From Haliotis rufescens (Eukaryota): DNA of 64,000 bases. Positions 25,044 through 40,712 of this stretch are shown here, piece after piece. The notes beneath the pieces are model-generated. The model was not told where the DNA came from. It did no database searches and saw only the letters and a program-made list of their open reading frames with translations. A program made the position numbers and the translations under genes. The DNA is taken from the NCBI RefSeq assembly GCF_023055435.1, contig NW_025963891.1, positions 18,848,001 through 18,912,000 on the forward strand. Reading direction: 5' to 3'. The first letter of the stretch is position 1. Each line of letters begins with the position of its first letter.

Positions 25044-27805
25044 TCAAAAACATTTCCTATGAATTATATTTGGTCCGCAGTCGATGTAATCCTGCTTGCT
25101 GATCCACATTTGTTGGAAGGTGGACAACGATGCAAGGATTGAACCCCCGATCCAAACAGCGTACTTCCGTTCCGGCTGAGCAATGACCTTGACCCTGATG
25201 ACTGGTGGGGCCAGCTCGGCGACCTCTCGCGTGATCCTGGAAGTGATCCCCGGGAACATAGTCGAGCCCCCTGAAATTACTATGTTGCAGTAGAGATCCT
25301 TCCTGATATCAACGTCACATTTCTGAATTGAGTTATAGATATACTCATGAACACCGGGTGTCTCCATCCCAATCAAGGCTGGCTGAAAGAGCGGTTCGGG
25401 GCATCTGAACCTCTCGTTGTCAATACGGATAACCTGGCCGTCCGGCAACTCGTAGGTCCTTTCCATATCTGAGCTTGACGTACACGTTTTAAAGTCTCTA
25501 TCAAAGTCATTGGTAACGAAACATAATCTTTCCTTTATATCGCGAACGATCTCTCGCTCGGCAGTTGTGGTGAAGGAATACCCTCGCTCTGACAAGATCT
25601 TTACAAGGTAGTCTGTGAGGTCCCTTCCCGCTAGATCAATCCTCAATATGGCGTGAGGCATTGAGTACCCCTCGTATATTGGCACCGCATGGGTCACACC
25701 GTCCCCGGAATCCAGGACAATGCCCGTGGTTCTACCAGAAGCATACAAGGACAGAACGGCCTGGACTGATACAAAGAAGGCGGGGATGCTAAAGCCTTCG
25801 AACATTATCTGTGCCATCTTTTCCCGATTGGCTTTTGGATTGAGTGGTGCCTCGGTTACTAGGATTGGGTGTTGCTCGGGCGCCACTCGCAGCTCGTTGT
25901 AAAAGGTGTGGTGCCAGATCTTCTCCATGTCGTCCCAGTTGGTGACGATGCCGTGCTCTATGGGGTACTTCAGAGTGAGGATTCCACGTTTGGACTGAGC
26001 CTCGTCACCCACATAGCAGTCTCTTTGACCCATCCCCACCATAACGCCCTGAAGTAAAGATACAATCATTGAAATATCAATGTTCCACAAACACCATGCA
26101 GTCATACAACTAACCCCTTTGAATTCGGGCTTGAGGTGCCTAACAATATATATGGTTGTTCTAAGAGACGACTAAAAGGAACAGGTGGTCCCCCTCGGCG
26201 ACTTAACTATTACGCGACGTAGTAGGGATGTTGCTCATAATATCAAGCACGGGTTTTTCTGGTCAAGGGCGGCTTTATTTACAGACCGATGTCATATAGC
26301 TGAACAATTGCGGAATGCGGTATAAACAACATACACCACCATATTAATCATACAATTTCAACTTTGACACAAGGGACTCCCGGCGGGGTATAATAAGTCA
26401 TTAAACTCAAGATGATCCAGGATAGAATAGATCTTCAGCCACACATTCTTGCCGTAAAGGTGACTAAGCTTGTCGTAAGAGGCGACTACCGGGATCGGGT
26501 GGTCAGGCTCGCTGACTTGGTTGATGCATGTCATCGTATCCCAACTGCGTGGATCAATGCTCATGATGTCAATCACTGGATTGTCTGATCCAGACTCGAT
26601 TATTTACAGACCGCCGTCATATAGCTGGAATATTGCTGATTGCTGCGTTGAACAACAAACAACCAAACAAGGGACTCCCGGCGGATCTGAAGTGAACCAA
26701 AAAGGACAAAGGCTTCATTTTAATCCCTTTGTGGAACTGTTTTTCAGAACACCAAAATATTTATTGATATTAATGTAACAAGATATCATTATTTCAAAAG
26801 CTTTTACATAATGAAAAATTATAGCACAAGACAAAGTTTATTTGTGAAAGTACAATGAAACTGCATTAAACGTTAAGGACGGATTACTTATGTCTAAAAT
26901 TGATTTTTGCGCCGAGGGACATCCATCATTTGGAAAGCGTTTGACTGACATACAGTTTAATCAAATGGGGGGCGGTCGGGTAGCCTAGTGGTTAAAGCGT
27001 TAGCTCGCCACGCCGAAGACCCGGGTTCGATTCCCGACATGGGTACAATGTGTGAAGCCCATTTCTGGTGTCCCCCGCCGTGATATTGCTGGAATATTGC
27101 TAAAAGCGGCGTAAAACCATACTCACTCACTCACTCACTCACTTTAATCAAATGGGGCGCAATTGTTTCGTTGTGCAACTTGATCCAATTATCGTCTATA
27201 ATAAACCTATATCCGTTCATAACAACAGATTATCCCAGTTAAGTGGTACAAGAAACTTCTTGATTTAGTTCAGGAAATGTACCAAATTAAACAAAACATT
27301 TAAGAACAGAAGGACACGGATGGCCCGGTCGTCTTAGGCGCCGCAATTTACTGAGCAGAGGTGCGTTCCTTGATCGACCTATAATTGTGGGTTCGAATCC
27401 AGGCTCGCCCCGATTATGTTTCTAGGTTTGTCAGCACCATACCCGTGCTTGTAGGTTTCACCAAAGTGCTAAACGTCTGAGACCTGCATCACTTTTGGCT
27501 TTCCTCCCACATTAAGTTGTCACGCCGTGATATAACTGGAATACTGTTCAAAGCGGCGTTAGACCCAAATCACTCACTCGCTTTAGGAACAGGGCATCAT
27601 TCATATAAATAGGTATATGAATGAATGTACGCGTATTAACGTAGTTATATGAACACATCCTTCACACAATCATTACCTTATGTCTGGGTCTCCCAACAAC
27701 AGAAGCAAACACGGCCCGTGGGGCGTCATCCCCTGCAAACCCGGCCTTGCACATACCGGACCCATTGTCTAATACGAGCGCCCCGAGATCCAAGTAGTTG
27801 GTCAT
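25044..27805 (-). CDS. act: Actin, divergent, 377 aa, two coding exons
   Basis: Exon 27805-27677 ([33 protein letters not shown]...RPRHK), then a GT-AG phase-0 intron at the codon 41/42-type position, then exon 26048-25044 (GVMVGMGQ...[11 protein letters not shown]...HRKCF*). Confidence 0.97.
26968..27141 (+). mobile_element. Short tRNA-derived (Asp-like) SINE, family A, in the actin intron
   Basis: TAGCCTAGTGG A box, GGTTCGATTCC B box, (TCAC)n tail and flanking duplication TTTAATCAAATGGGG. Other copies (-): 24744-24905, 29545-29671, 42609-42772, 43383-43501. Confidence 0.92.
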
Positions 27806-28505
27806 CGTATCCTTGCCTTCTTGCCAGGGCGAAATGCTAGGTCTGCCTTGGTGCAGTTGTGTGCAGCCACGTTTGTACGACAACGATCTGTGTGCATTTG
27901 TGGAATTCCATATGAGTTACATGATTATTTAATTAGGTATAAAAGTGGTATAAGTGAGACAATTAGGCAGTAATTGTTTCCACAGCTTGGCGTCGAGTTT
28001 TACGGCTACCACATCAGAATGACGTGACACAAAGAACAATACAACCAGGAGCTTTTATCTGCTTCCCAGTGGATATTTCCATTTTCTGTTGGTTACTTTT
28101 TACTTCCAATCTGGAATGTTTGGGGGATTAAGGGATGGAATTGGTCCCCCGAGGATCGGGTGGTCAGGCTCTGTGACTTGATTGCAGGTCACCGTGACCC
28201 AAATGCCTGGATAATTGCTCAGTCTATCAGTCACTGGTTTGCATGGTCCAGACTCGATTATATATTTCCGGTCTTGGTGTAGCAGGTATATTGCTGGCAA
28301 ACGCAACATTCACTCACTCACTCACTCACTTACGTCGTCGCGGGCGTATTCTTCACTGCTCAACATTGACACGACTGTGTGGTTGTATGGGGTCTGTCAT
28401 GTATGGTGTGTACCTGGCACAGGTGAAGAGGGTTGAAATGTATATTATTCCCCTTGTAAAGTGGCTGTCATACCCGTAAAGATCCGGGTTAGAACAAGTC
28501 TTCAG

Positions 28506-28992
28506 CAATCTCATTACAATCAGATCTTAGTTCTCGCTACCGCTAAACAAAGATCTGAGGACATCCCATTACGGGTCACGTCAGCACGACCTTTCATCCA
28601 ACCAATCAGAGCGTCGCTTACCAGATCCTGAAAGTGACAGTCGGAATGTGTTTTCTAGTCATGCAACCTCGAAATATTTAACAGAGGGTATTCCGAACGA
28701 CGGTTACGGGTTTTATGATTATATCCATACAATCTATGCCATCTATAATCCATTCCAGAATGTTGTTTTGGTCAGTTTTAAAAATATGTTTCGAAGCGTA
28801 GTCGCCAGTTTGAAACTAGTGCCGTAAAGCTCGAGAAAGCTGCCTTCTGATTGGCAAATGTCGATTTCTTGTCAGTCATTTCATTGGTCGGTCAATGTTC
28901 GGGAAAGGTCGTTCTGACGGGACCCGTAATGGGATGTCCTCAGATCTTTGGTTAGCGGTGGCGAGAACTAAGATCTGATTTGAATGAGATTG
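28506..28992. mobile_element. MITE with ~90-bp TIRs and 9-bp TSD (Mutator-like), inserted in a family D element
   Basis: TIRs CAATCTCATT..AATCAGATCTTAGTTCTCGC... / ...GCGAGAACTAAGATCTGATT..AATGAGATTG. TSD AGTCTTCAG at 28497-28505 and 28993-29001. Confidence 0.92.
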
Positions 28993-31900
28993 AGTCTTCA
29001 GCAACCCATGCTTGTCGTAAAAGGTATTAGTGGGCTTGCACTATAAAATTTGCAATAGTCCCGACTAGTACAAGCAGCCATACACTCACAAACATGCGTG
29101 CATGTACGTCGCTATATAAGTGCAATACTTGAACGCGACGTTAAACCCCCTTTCACCTCGACAACGACTCTGTTATTTACTCAATAACAAAACTTGGCAA
29201 ATTTAAAATCGAGAAATAATTTCCAAAAAAGCAACTGAGTAAGATCTGTCCTTTAATGCAAAAGTCGGTCTGACTGGCATAATGATATCTGTATCAAGAT
29301 TTGCCTCTGTTGACATTTCCACACTTATTATTTACAACTAAATCGCCGACCTCTATAAATACCACCTCCACTCAATTAGCAGTTATACCCTATGCTTCAA
29401 ATGTCTATTCTATACTTGTAGCTGAAGTGAGTTCCGTTCAACGCCAATTCTGACAATACTGCATTTAAATCATGCTCTGTCGGGTTTTGTTTTGTTTGTT
29501 TTTTATTGCATTTTCAACATCACAGTTATTGTAGTAATGAATGAGTTAAATTCCAGCAATATCACAGCGGGCGGCACCAGGAATGAGTTTCACACGTTGT
29601 AGCCTTGTTGGGAATCGAACCCGGGACCCTGGCGTGACGAGCGAACAGCTCTACCACCAGGCTACCCCACCTGTCCTGCACTGTACTGAGAAAAATATAT
29701 GGGTCAGTTGGGCAATAGACCTAGTATACCAAGCTACCTCCAAAAAAGGCTTGGCGTTTAAATTAAACATGACTTTAGACATATATATTTAATATTTTTT
29801 TCACAAGCTACTGTTTTGGGTTTCTGAGTGAATGTTGTACTATGACGTATTCAGCAACAAGGGTTCAAAACGAGTTCGAGGCTGGTCCAAGCACAGGTAG
29901 ACGCTGTAGGCTATGCTGACATACAATCACACAGGTCTGATAAGTGGCTGTTACAAGTATGGAGACCTATGCAGATCCGGGGTAGAATAGGTCTTCAGCG
30001 TCCAATGCTTGCCGTTAAAGGCCACTATGCTTGTCGTAAGAGGCAACTAACGGGATCTTGTTGTCAGGCTCGCTGACTTGGTTGATGCATGTCATCGTAT
30101 CCCAATTGCGTGGATCGATGCACATGATGTCAATCGCTGGATTGTTTGGTCCAGGTTCGATTATTTCCAGACCGCTGTCAAAAAGCTGGAATATTGCTGA
30201 GTGCGGCGTTAAACAACAAACAAACATCGGATTCTCGGGACCTCTTCTGACCCAGGAGAGTATGCTTCTTGTCATTGGTAACGCATATATACTGAACAAC
30301 AAAAGTTACGGGATCATAAATATTTTGGAGATATGTTTGTTGTGAAGACTGAACACAAAATATCATAAACATATCCCAAAATATTCATGATCCCAAGCTT
30401 CATTATTTCAGTATATTGCCACAATTGAAGTTCTGATTAAAACATGGGGGGTACGGGTGGCCCAATCGTCTAAGGCGCCGCAATTTGCTGTGCTGAGTCG
30501 TGTCCCTTGGGCACATCAGGAACATATGACCGTGTGTTCGAAATCCCGGTTCGCCCCGATTATGTTTCCATGTCTGTCAGCAACATACCCGTGCTCGTGG
30601 GTTTCACCAAAGAGGAAAACGTTTGAAACCTAGATCACTTCGGGCTTTCCTTCCACAATAAGCTAGCACACCGAGATATAACTGCAATACTTTTCAAAGC
30701 GGCGTTTAAACCAACTCACTCATTCTGATTAAAACAACCTTCAACCCGTGTTTGACAGTTAAAACAAAGCTTTTCCAGTGATATTACATCAGACACGAAC
30801 AATCCTCCTTTCGATGGCAACACGTATCTGTCAACACACAGATGGTAAAATAAGCAATGACATCAAGTACTGCCTGAAGTTACAGAACACTGGCATGGAG
30901 TGTGAGACGACGTGACAGTTTCTAGTCACGTTGATCGAATAACATCATCTCATGTAACGTACAGTCATGTCATGGATGCTACTATCAAAGTAACTATGGT
31001 TCACTTTGGATACAGGATAAATACAGGTCAGCCGAAATTTGTGGACGTGTTGGTATTGTTTATTACTTGTTGTTTAACAATGGTTAACCCCGTACTCAGC
31101 AATATTCTAGTGGCCGGTAAGGATCTTTTGTTTGTTGTATGTTTGTTGTTTAATGCGGCATTCAGCAATATTCCAGCTATATGACGGCGGCCTGTAAATA
31201 ATCGAGTCTGTGATTGACATCATGAGCATCAATCCATGCAATTGGGATATGATGACATGCATCAACGAAGTCGGCCAGCCTGACCACCCGACCTATTACG
31301 GCAAGCATGGGTTGCTGAAGACCTATTCTACCCCGGATCTTCACCAGTAAATACCAGTATCTAACATCCCAGTGACTCCCTGTCGTTGCAGGATATACCT
31401 ACTCAAATTAAGGCAGTAAGACAGGAGCCTGGCCATGGGATCGGTTAACTAGCACCCTCACTGGCAATATGAACACAATCACGTGTATACCTAGCCTTGC
31501 TTCAAGGCTGTACTGACAGAAAAGTCCATGGATGTGAAGGAATACTATCCTCTAAATAGGTAAGTCTAGATGAACCGACATGATGCCAGTCTCTAATAGG
31601 CACAACTTGTTCTTATTTATATAATCTAGAAAATATGATTTAAACTTATTATTATTGCCTTATAGACTTGTGCAAGTCTATTGTATAACCTGCTGATGAT
31701 TTTGCCATGTGATAGAAAACAATGTTCTAACTCAAAATGTAAACTGCCTGTGGTGAAGTTCCGTTATAGTGTGCCATTCCACATTTTGTGTTGATTATAA
31801 TTATGATTAAAGCAACGACTCAGTATCCTTTCCTTGAATTTTATAGTATCTTTAAGCAGATTGCATATAACAATTTTTTTGGTATTTTACAAATTGTACA

Positions 31901-34295
31901 AAGTGTCAAGGATATTTCAATTTTATTCAAAATATTCAATACTTAATTAGACCAATCCTTCTGTATGGATCTGAAAATTGGAGTTTTAATTAATTTTATT
32001 CAAGAGAAATGGTTAACGTATTTGCATGTAATAAATTTCTTTGTGTCACACAACCTGCATCAAATGGCATGGTTTACCAGGAATGTGGACCAGTATGACT
32101 TTACATATTTGAGTGTATACGACTACTAAAGTATTGGATAAAACTGCTTAAAATGCCATGTCACAGATTACAAAAGAAATCTCCAAATATGATGATGTTG
32201 TATGACAGAAATGGCCCCCTGTGGAAATGGGGATTTGGCTATGTTTGCAAGGTTGGCAAGTGCTAAATAAAGATGACAGTTCTTTATCTACCATATGCCA
32301 AGACTTATGGATATATATTCTCAAACATGGTCTTCAATTGTACTTACACCAAGAAAATGCTCTTTATACTTTTTCAAATCCCTGTACCGAAAGATATCTT
32401 TGATAGAAATCTAAAAAAGTTTAAAGTTGCACATAGCTTAATGATTAAACAGGGAAAGCAAATATACCCAGAGAAATGAGATTGTGTACATAACGTGACT
32501 TAATTGTTATAGAAGGTGATTTTCACTTTGTACTAGTCTGCAGAACATATAAATGTCTGAGAAGAAAATACTTTACATGCAAATGGTATGAAAACCTAAC
32601 TCTGCATAAATATACATACTGTGTATTCTCTGTACAATATTTGTAGTCAAAAATATTTCAGTCTACAAATATCATTCACCAGTCCAAGTTATAAGAACTG
32701 TTAAATAAAAATTGCATAATCCAACCATTCCCAAACATAGTATGTCCCATTGCCTGTGGCCTTCCGTACCAAAATAAACTGTACTACTACATTCTTTGGG
32801 CTTAACTGCTTTATTTGAGTTTGTTCCTTATCTGTCATTGGTTCGACACATTAAATGATGAGCAAATATTTTAAAGACCTTTGCAAACTGGCAACACAGC
32901 TTAAGTCAATAGCATAATATTAATATTAAATCATTTTCTAGGTATAATAAAAGCTTATCAGCAAATCCTCCTGTTTCCTGATGAGACAGCACCCTTACGG
33001 ACAGAACAGGCCTATCACTAGTAGCAGCAAAGTTTGTGATACCACAGATAATAATAATAATAATAATAGTAATGTGCATGTTTACAATGCACCAAATCCA
33101 GACCCTAAAACATGCTCAAAGTGCTATGTACAATGAAACAATATGACAATATTCGCTCACCCTGATTGGAATTATCGTTTAGGTGGTCAGGATTGGTGAG
33201 TTGGTCAACATGCCATTGTATCCCAATTGCCTGGATCAATGCTCATGTTGTTAATCACTGGATTATCTGGTCCAGATTTGATTATTTACAGACCGACGCT
33301 ATATAGCTGGAATATTGCTGAGTGCGGCAAACAAAATACTTGATATAATGCATGTATATGCGAAGTGCAATGGAGTCTTCATGCATGATCACGATCAGTT
33401 CTGGTCCGTGTTGGTCGGTGCTTGTCCGTGTTAGTCCATACTGGTATGTGCTGGTCCGTGTTAGTACGTGCTGGTCCGTGTTGGTCAGTGCTGAGCCACT
33501 ACCCTTCTGCCTCTCCTCTAATGATTCTGCATTGTGGATTAATTAGTAGAACGTTAGTCATGGTGACGTTATCATCACCAATTTGTTTATTTTTCGTATA
33601 TGAAATACAAATAAAGTATAGGATTGTTATTAACTATGGGACGATATATGATATACGTTTATCATTATACAAGTACCACCAGCTGCACCAAAACCAACAC
33701 AAGAGCCGACCAATTATCCAAATTAGAACCTCATAAACAGACAGAACACAACGTACAAATAACATAGAATGGGATGTCGGTCAAGGCAGATTGAACGTTT
33801 CAAGGTAATGGTGAAAATGGTTTGAAAACGTTAATGGTGATATTATGTTTTTTTATGAAACTTGATATTTTCAAAAGTGTTTGTAAGAAATTGAAAATTA
33901 ATAGAAATATTTATTAAAACACTGACATAGCAGGCTGTCAAATAGGTGGAATATTGCAGAGGCAATATAAACCATAAAGATCAAACAATATTATTCCCCC
34001 ACTATACAGTCTCAGTCATTTTATGCAGATCTTAATGCCATCTGTCTGTCTATCGTCAGTTGGACAATATGTGATTTATTATTATTCAAACAACTTACTT
34101 CACACCTTTTCTGTATTCTCCCATGCAAACCACACATGCAACACAAACAAACAATAAATCTTCATATTTTTAGTGAACACTTGCAACAGCTAAGCTTTAT
34201 AACATAGTAACACTGAACCAACATAATCAGTGCACATAATACAGACACATGTCATACATATGCAACATATTTCACAAATCAATTGTTCAATAATA

Positions 34296-34949
34296 TCATA
34301 TGTTGCTGATTCCAAGTCGCTCAGCTTGTTCGAGGGCACCTTTAAGGTTGTCATCAAACAGTTCACATCTGATAGGCATGTCTAAAGAATAAAACGGGTT
34401 CTTCAAAGCAAAGTCAGCGTAAATCTCATACAACTTCTTCAGCAGCATTTCTACTGCTGTCTGTCTAGGATCTGTTAGCACGACAAATTTGATGCCCGTC
34501 ATTGTTTGATGGCAATGAAGTTTAAAAGTGTCTGTCTCTAAAACCTCGATTCCTGATGATCTGGGTTCGGGCGAAAGTTGTGTTCCGAATGCGAACAATG
34601 AATGAAACATACTGGCGAGCATTATACGCTGATTTGATGTCAGCTTTGGTCGTCCGAACTTGATGTTGATTGGATATTTTTTCTCGTCATTTAGCACTTC
34701 AATGATGTCTCTTCCATCTTTTAAGCAACGTCCCTCCGCTTGAATTCCGTTGACAGACAGTACCGTGTGTCCAACTTTAATGCCATCTCGTTCTCCGAAT
34801 GCCACAACAACTCGTTCGTCAAATATTTTGAGTTTCAGTTCCAGAGGAAAACTAAAGGTTTTCTCGACCTCAGGGCGGTTTGACGTGTGGTCGTAGTGAT
34901 AAATCAGACTCCCGGCTTTGTTGATGACATAGACACTAAAAATGGCCAT
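34296..34949 (-). CDS. TRAPPC4: Trafficking protein particle complex subunit 4 (synbindin/Trs23), single coding exon, 217 aa
   Basis: [17 protein letters not shown]...[10 protein letters not shown]...[23 protein letters not shown]...[23 protein letters not shown]. Includes the PDZ-like insert. Confidence 0.97.
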   Translation of the reverse strand: MAIFSVYVINKAGSLIYHYDHTSNRPEVEKTFSFPLELKLKIFDERVVVAFGERDGIKVGHTVLSVNGIQAEGRCLKDGRDIIEVLNDEKKYPINIKFGRPKLTSNQRIMLASMFHSLFAFGTQLSPEPRSSGIEVLETDTFKLHCHQTMTGIKFVVLTDPRQTAVEMLLKKLYEIYADFALKNPFYSLDMPIRCELFDDNLKGALEQAERLGISNI

Positions 34950-35520
34950 GTTTTTTCCAGATATATGGATCTTTTGTTTTCTTGATGACCCACCTTACAT
35001 TTAGACCGCTGGAAACAACACCTTCACTTGTGTGAGCCAAGTATTCAAACAAAAACACTACCCCTCCCACGAAATTAATGCTATGTAAACCGGAAGTACG
35101 AGGCGTCACAGCATTGAGAAATGTAATACCGATCTGTGGTATCTCGGATTTAACGAAATGAAACGATCGATCGCGTCCGACGAGTTCGGAATGTGTCCCC
35201 TATTGCGTTTTGGCGATGCTTATCATGTTCTTGTTCATGAAACAAAAAGTTTAGTTGATGTCAGAACAATACAGGGATACATATCTCAATGCACAAAACA
35301 TAAGAATTATGTATATATGGATCCTTTATATGCTATCCAAATATTCATTGTGGAAAAATACTGTAAAAAAATCATTTTCATCAGTTGACACTTGATAACA
35401 TGTTTTAGTTTTTTCGTGGTATTCAGCTTATGAATTCTCGAGTTATGTACCCTGAAAACCAATGTCGAGGTCGGAGAAAATGACCCGGAAGTAGATCTTT
35501 CAGAAATTAATCACGTAAGT
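34950..35520. promoter_or_regulatory. Bidirectional TRAPPC4/RPS2 promoter with a tiny non-coding RPS2 exon 1
   Basis: ETS-type CCGGAAGT at 35090-35097 and 35485-35492. Pyrimidine TCT-type start TCTTTC at ~35496-35501, donor GTAAGT at 35515 and acceptor TTTCAG ending 35718, two nt before the ATG. Confidence 0.7.
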
Positions 35521-35720
35521 CGAGAGACGTGCTTTATTTTTACCTCCTTACAATCGCGACAATTTCCATACAATCATAAGATAATTAGTCGTTATGACTA
35601 TGTATATACGTTGTATAACCAATAAACATGACACTTCGGACATTATTTTTAGTTATTATATAAGCATTTGTCCAGTATCCTTCTGTATATTTATTCGTAT
35701 TATACCTGAAATTTTCAGCA

Positions 35721-39510
<3,790 letters not shown>

Positions 39511-40640
39511 ACACTTGTGTAAAACTTGTGTAAAACAAAATAAGAAAATAAAAAAAAAAACCATAACATAACATATGTTTTCTTTTTCTTTAATCGTGAA
39601 TATCCGTTTCAAATTTGGATACTGGCATTATATTTTCCTATGCTTTTCTTGGTTCAAGGAGGCAGCTTTAGAACTAAACTTGATAGCTTTACTAGCCTGG
39701 GTAAAGATAAAATGCCTTTGTAATGTTAAAACAATGGGGAAATTTGCACTAGTCTGCAGGAATTGCATGATGTCAATCACTGGATTGTGTGGTTCACACT
39801 CGATTTGTTACAGACCGCTGTTATATAGCTGGAATATTGCTGAGCGCAGCGTTAAACCGCAAACAGAAATAGTGTTCTGTCTAGTAAGCTAAGCTAATTA
39901 GTCCATATATCACATCACTAAATTCCACTGCAAATGGTTCTAAGAGCTATGTTTGAACTAGTAGCTGCAAATTGAATGCCCAGTAGAAAAATCAGTTTGG
40001 CATGTTTGAAACACTGATTGCTTTATATTTATGGGCATGGAAGATGAGATCCCTTGATTATGCACTGTTTGACAAGTTGAATGAACTAGAGAAATTGGAA
40101 ATTGTGTTTCAAGGTTTTGAAAGTATGACTCCTGGTTGACAGGACTATTGCATTGGTGTGTTTTTCAGGCAGTTTTGTGAAATTGTATACACAAGCAGGA
40201 CTAAGAAATTGATTGTGGGGTGGTCTGTGACCTGGATGGAAAACCTACTTTGCAACCAGGATGGTTTTGTCTCCAGATCTGTGTGGGATTTTAACTTAAC
40301 AAATAGCTGTCCTGCAACTTGAGCTTGTTGGATGGTGTAACTCAATGAATGGTTATGAGATTGTGTGTCATCATTTAGTGATGTCTTGGGAAGTTGTGCT
40401 TAATATCAACCACAGGTTTGTTGGATCCAGACTCGACACTACTGGCGCTGTCATAGGGTTTGAATATTGCCAAATGGGGCATTAAACAGTTTGTTTATTC
40501 TATGATTGAGACTAAGCCCTTTAAAGAATCGCCAGATGTACTTCTCCCCAGTCATGAGACCAACTCATGCTCCTGTGTTTTATCACATGGTAAACATTTA
40601 CGACCAAAGTCATTTTGAGCTCTCCTGTCCCACTGGAAAA

Positions 40641-40712
40641 TGACACTATGATGAATCTAATGCTGAACCCCAAATTACTGGCTCATGTTTTCAAAACCAC
40701 AGGCTGATGTCA
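40641..40712 (+). ncRNA. Candidate box C/D snoRNA
   Basis: TGACA-CT-ATGATGA (C box 40648-40654) ... CTGA (D box 40704-40707)-TGTCA. This gives a perfect 5-bp terminal stem with canonical kink-turn spacing, 72 nt in total. Target not identified. Confidence 0.6.

Noticed and set aside
25044-26105. Single-exon 353-aa actin ORF as listed in the track
   Set aside because: The first 19 codons are intron sequence. The true N-terminus is in exon 27677-27805.
26968-27050. tRNA gene (also 23431, 40945, 42043)
   Set aside because: The tRNA-like heads continue into SINE bodies with tails and TSDs, and have no proper acceptor stem or terminator.
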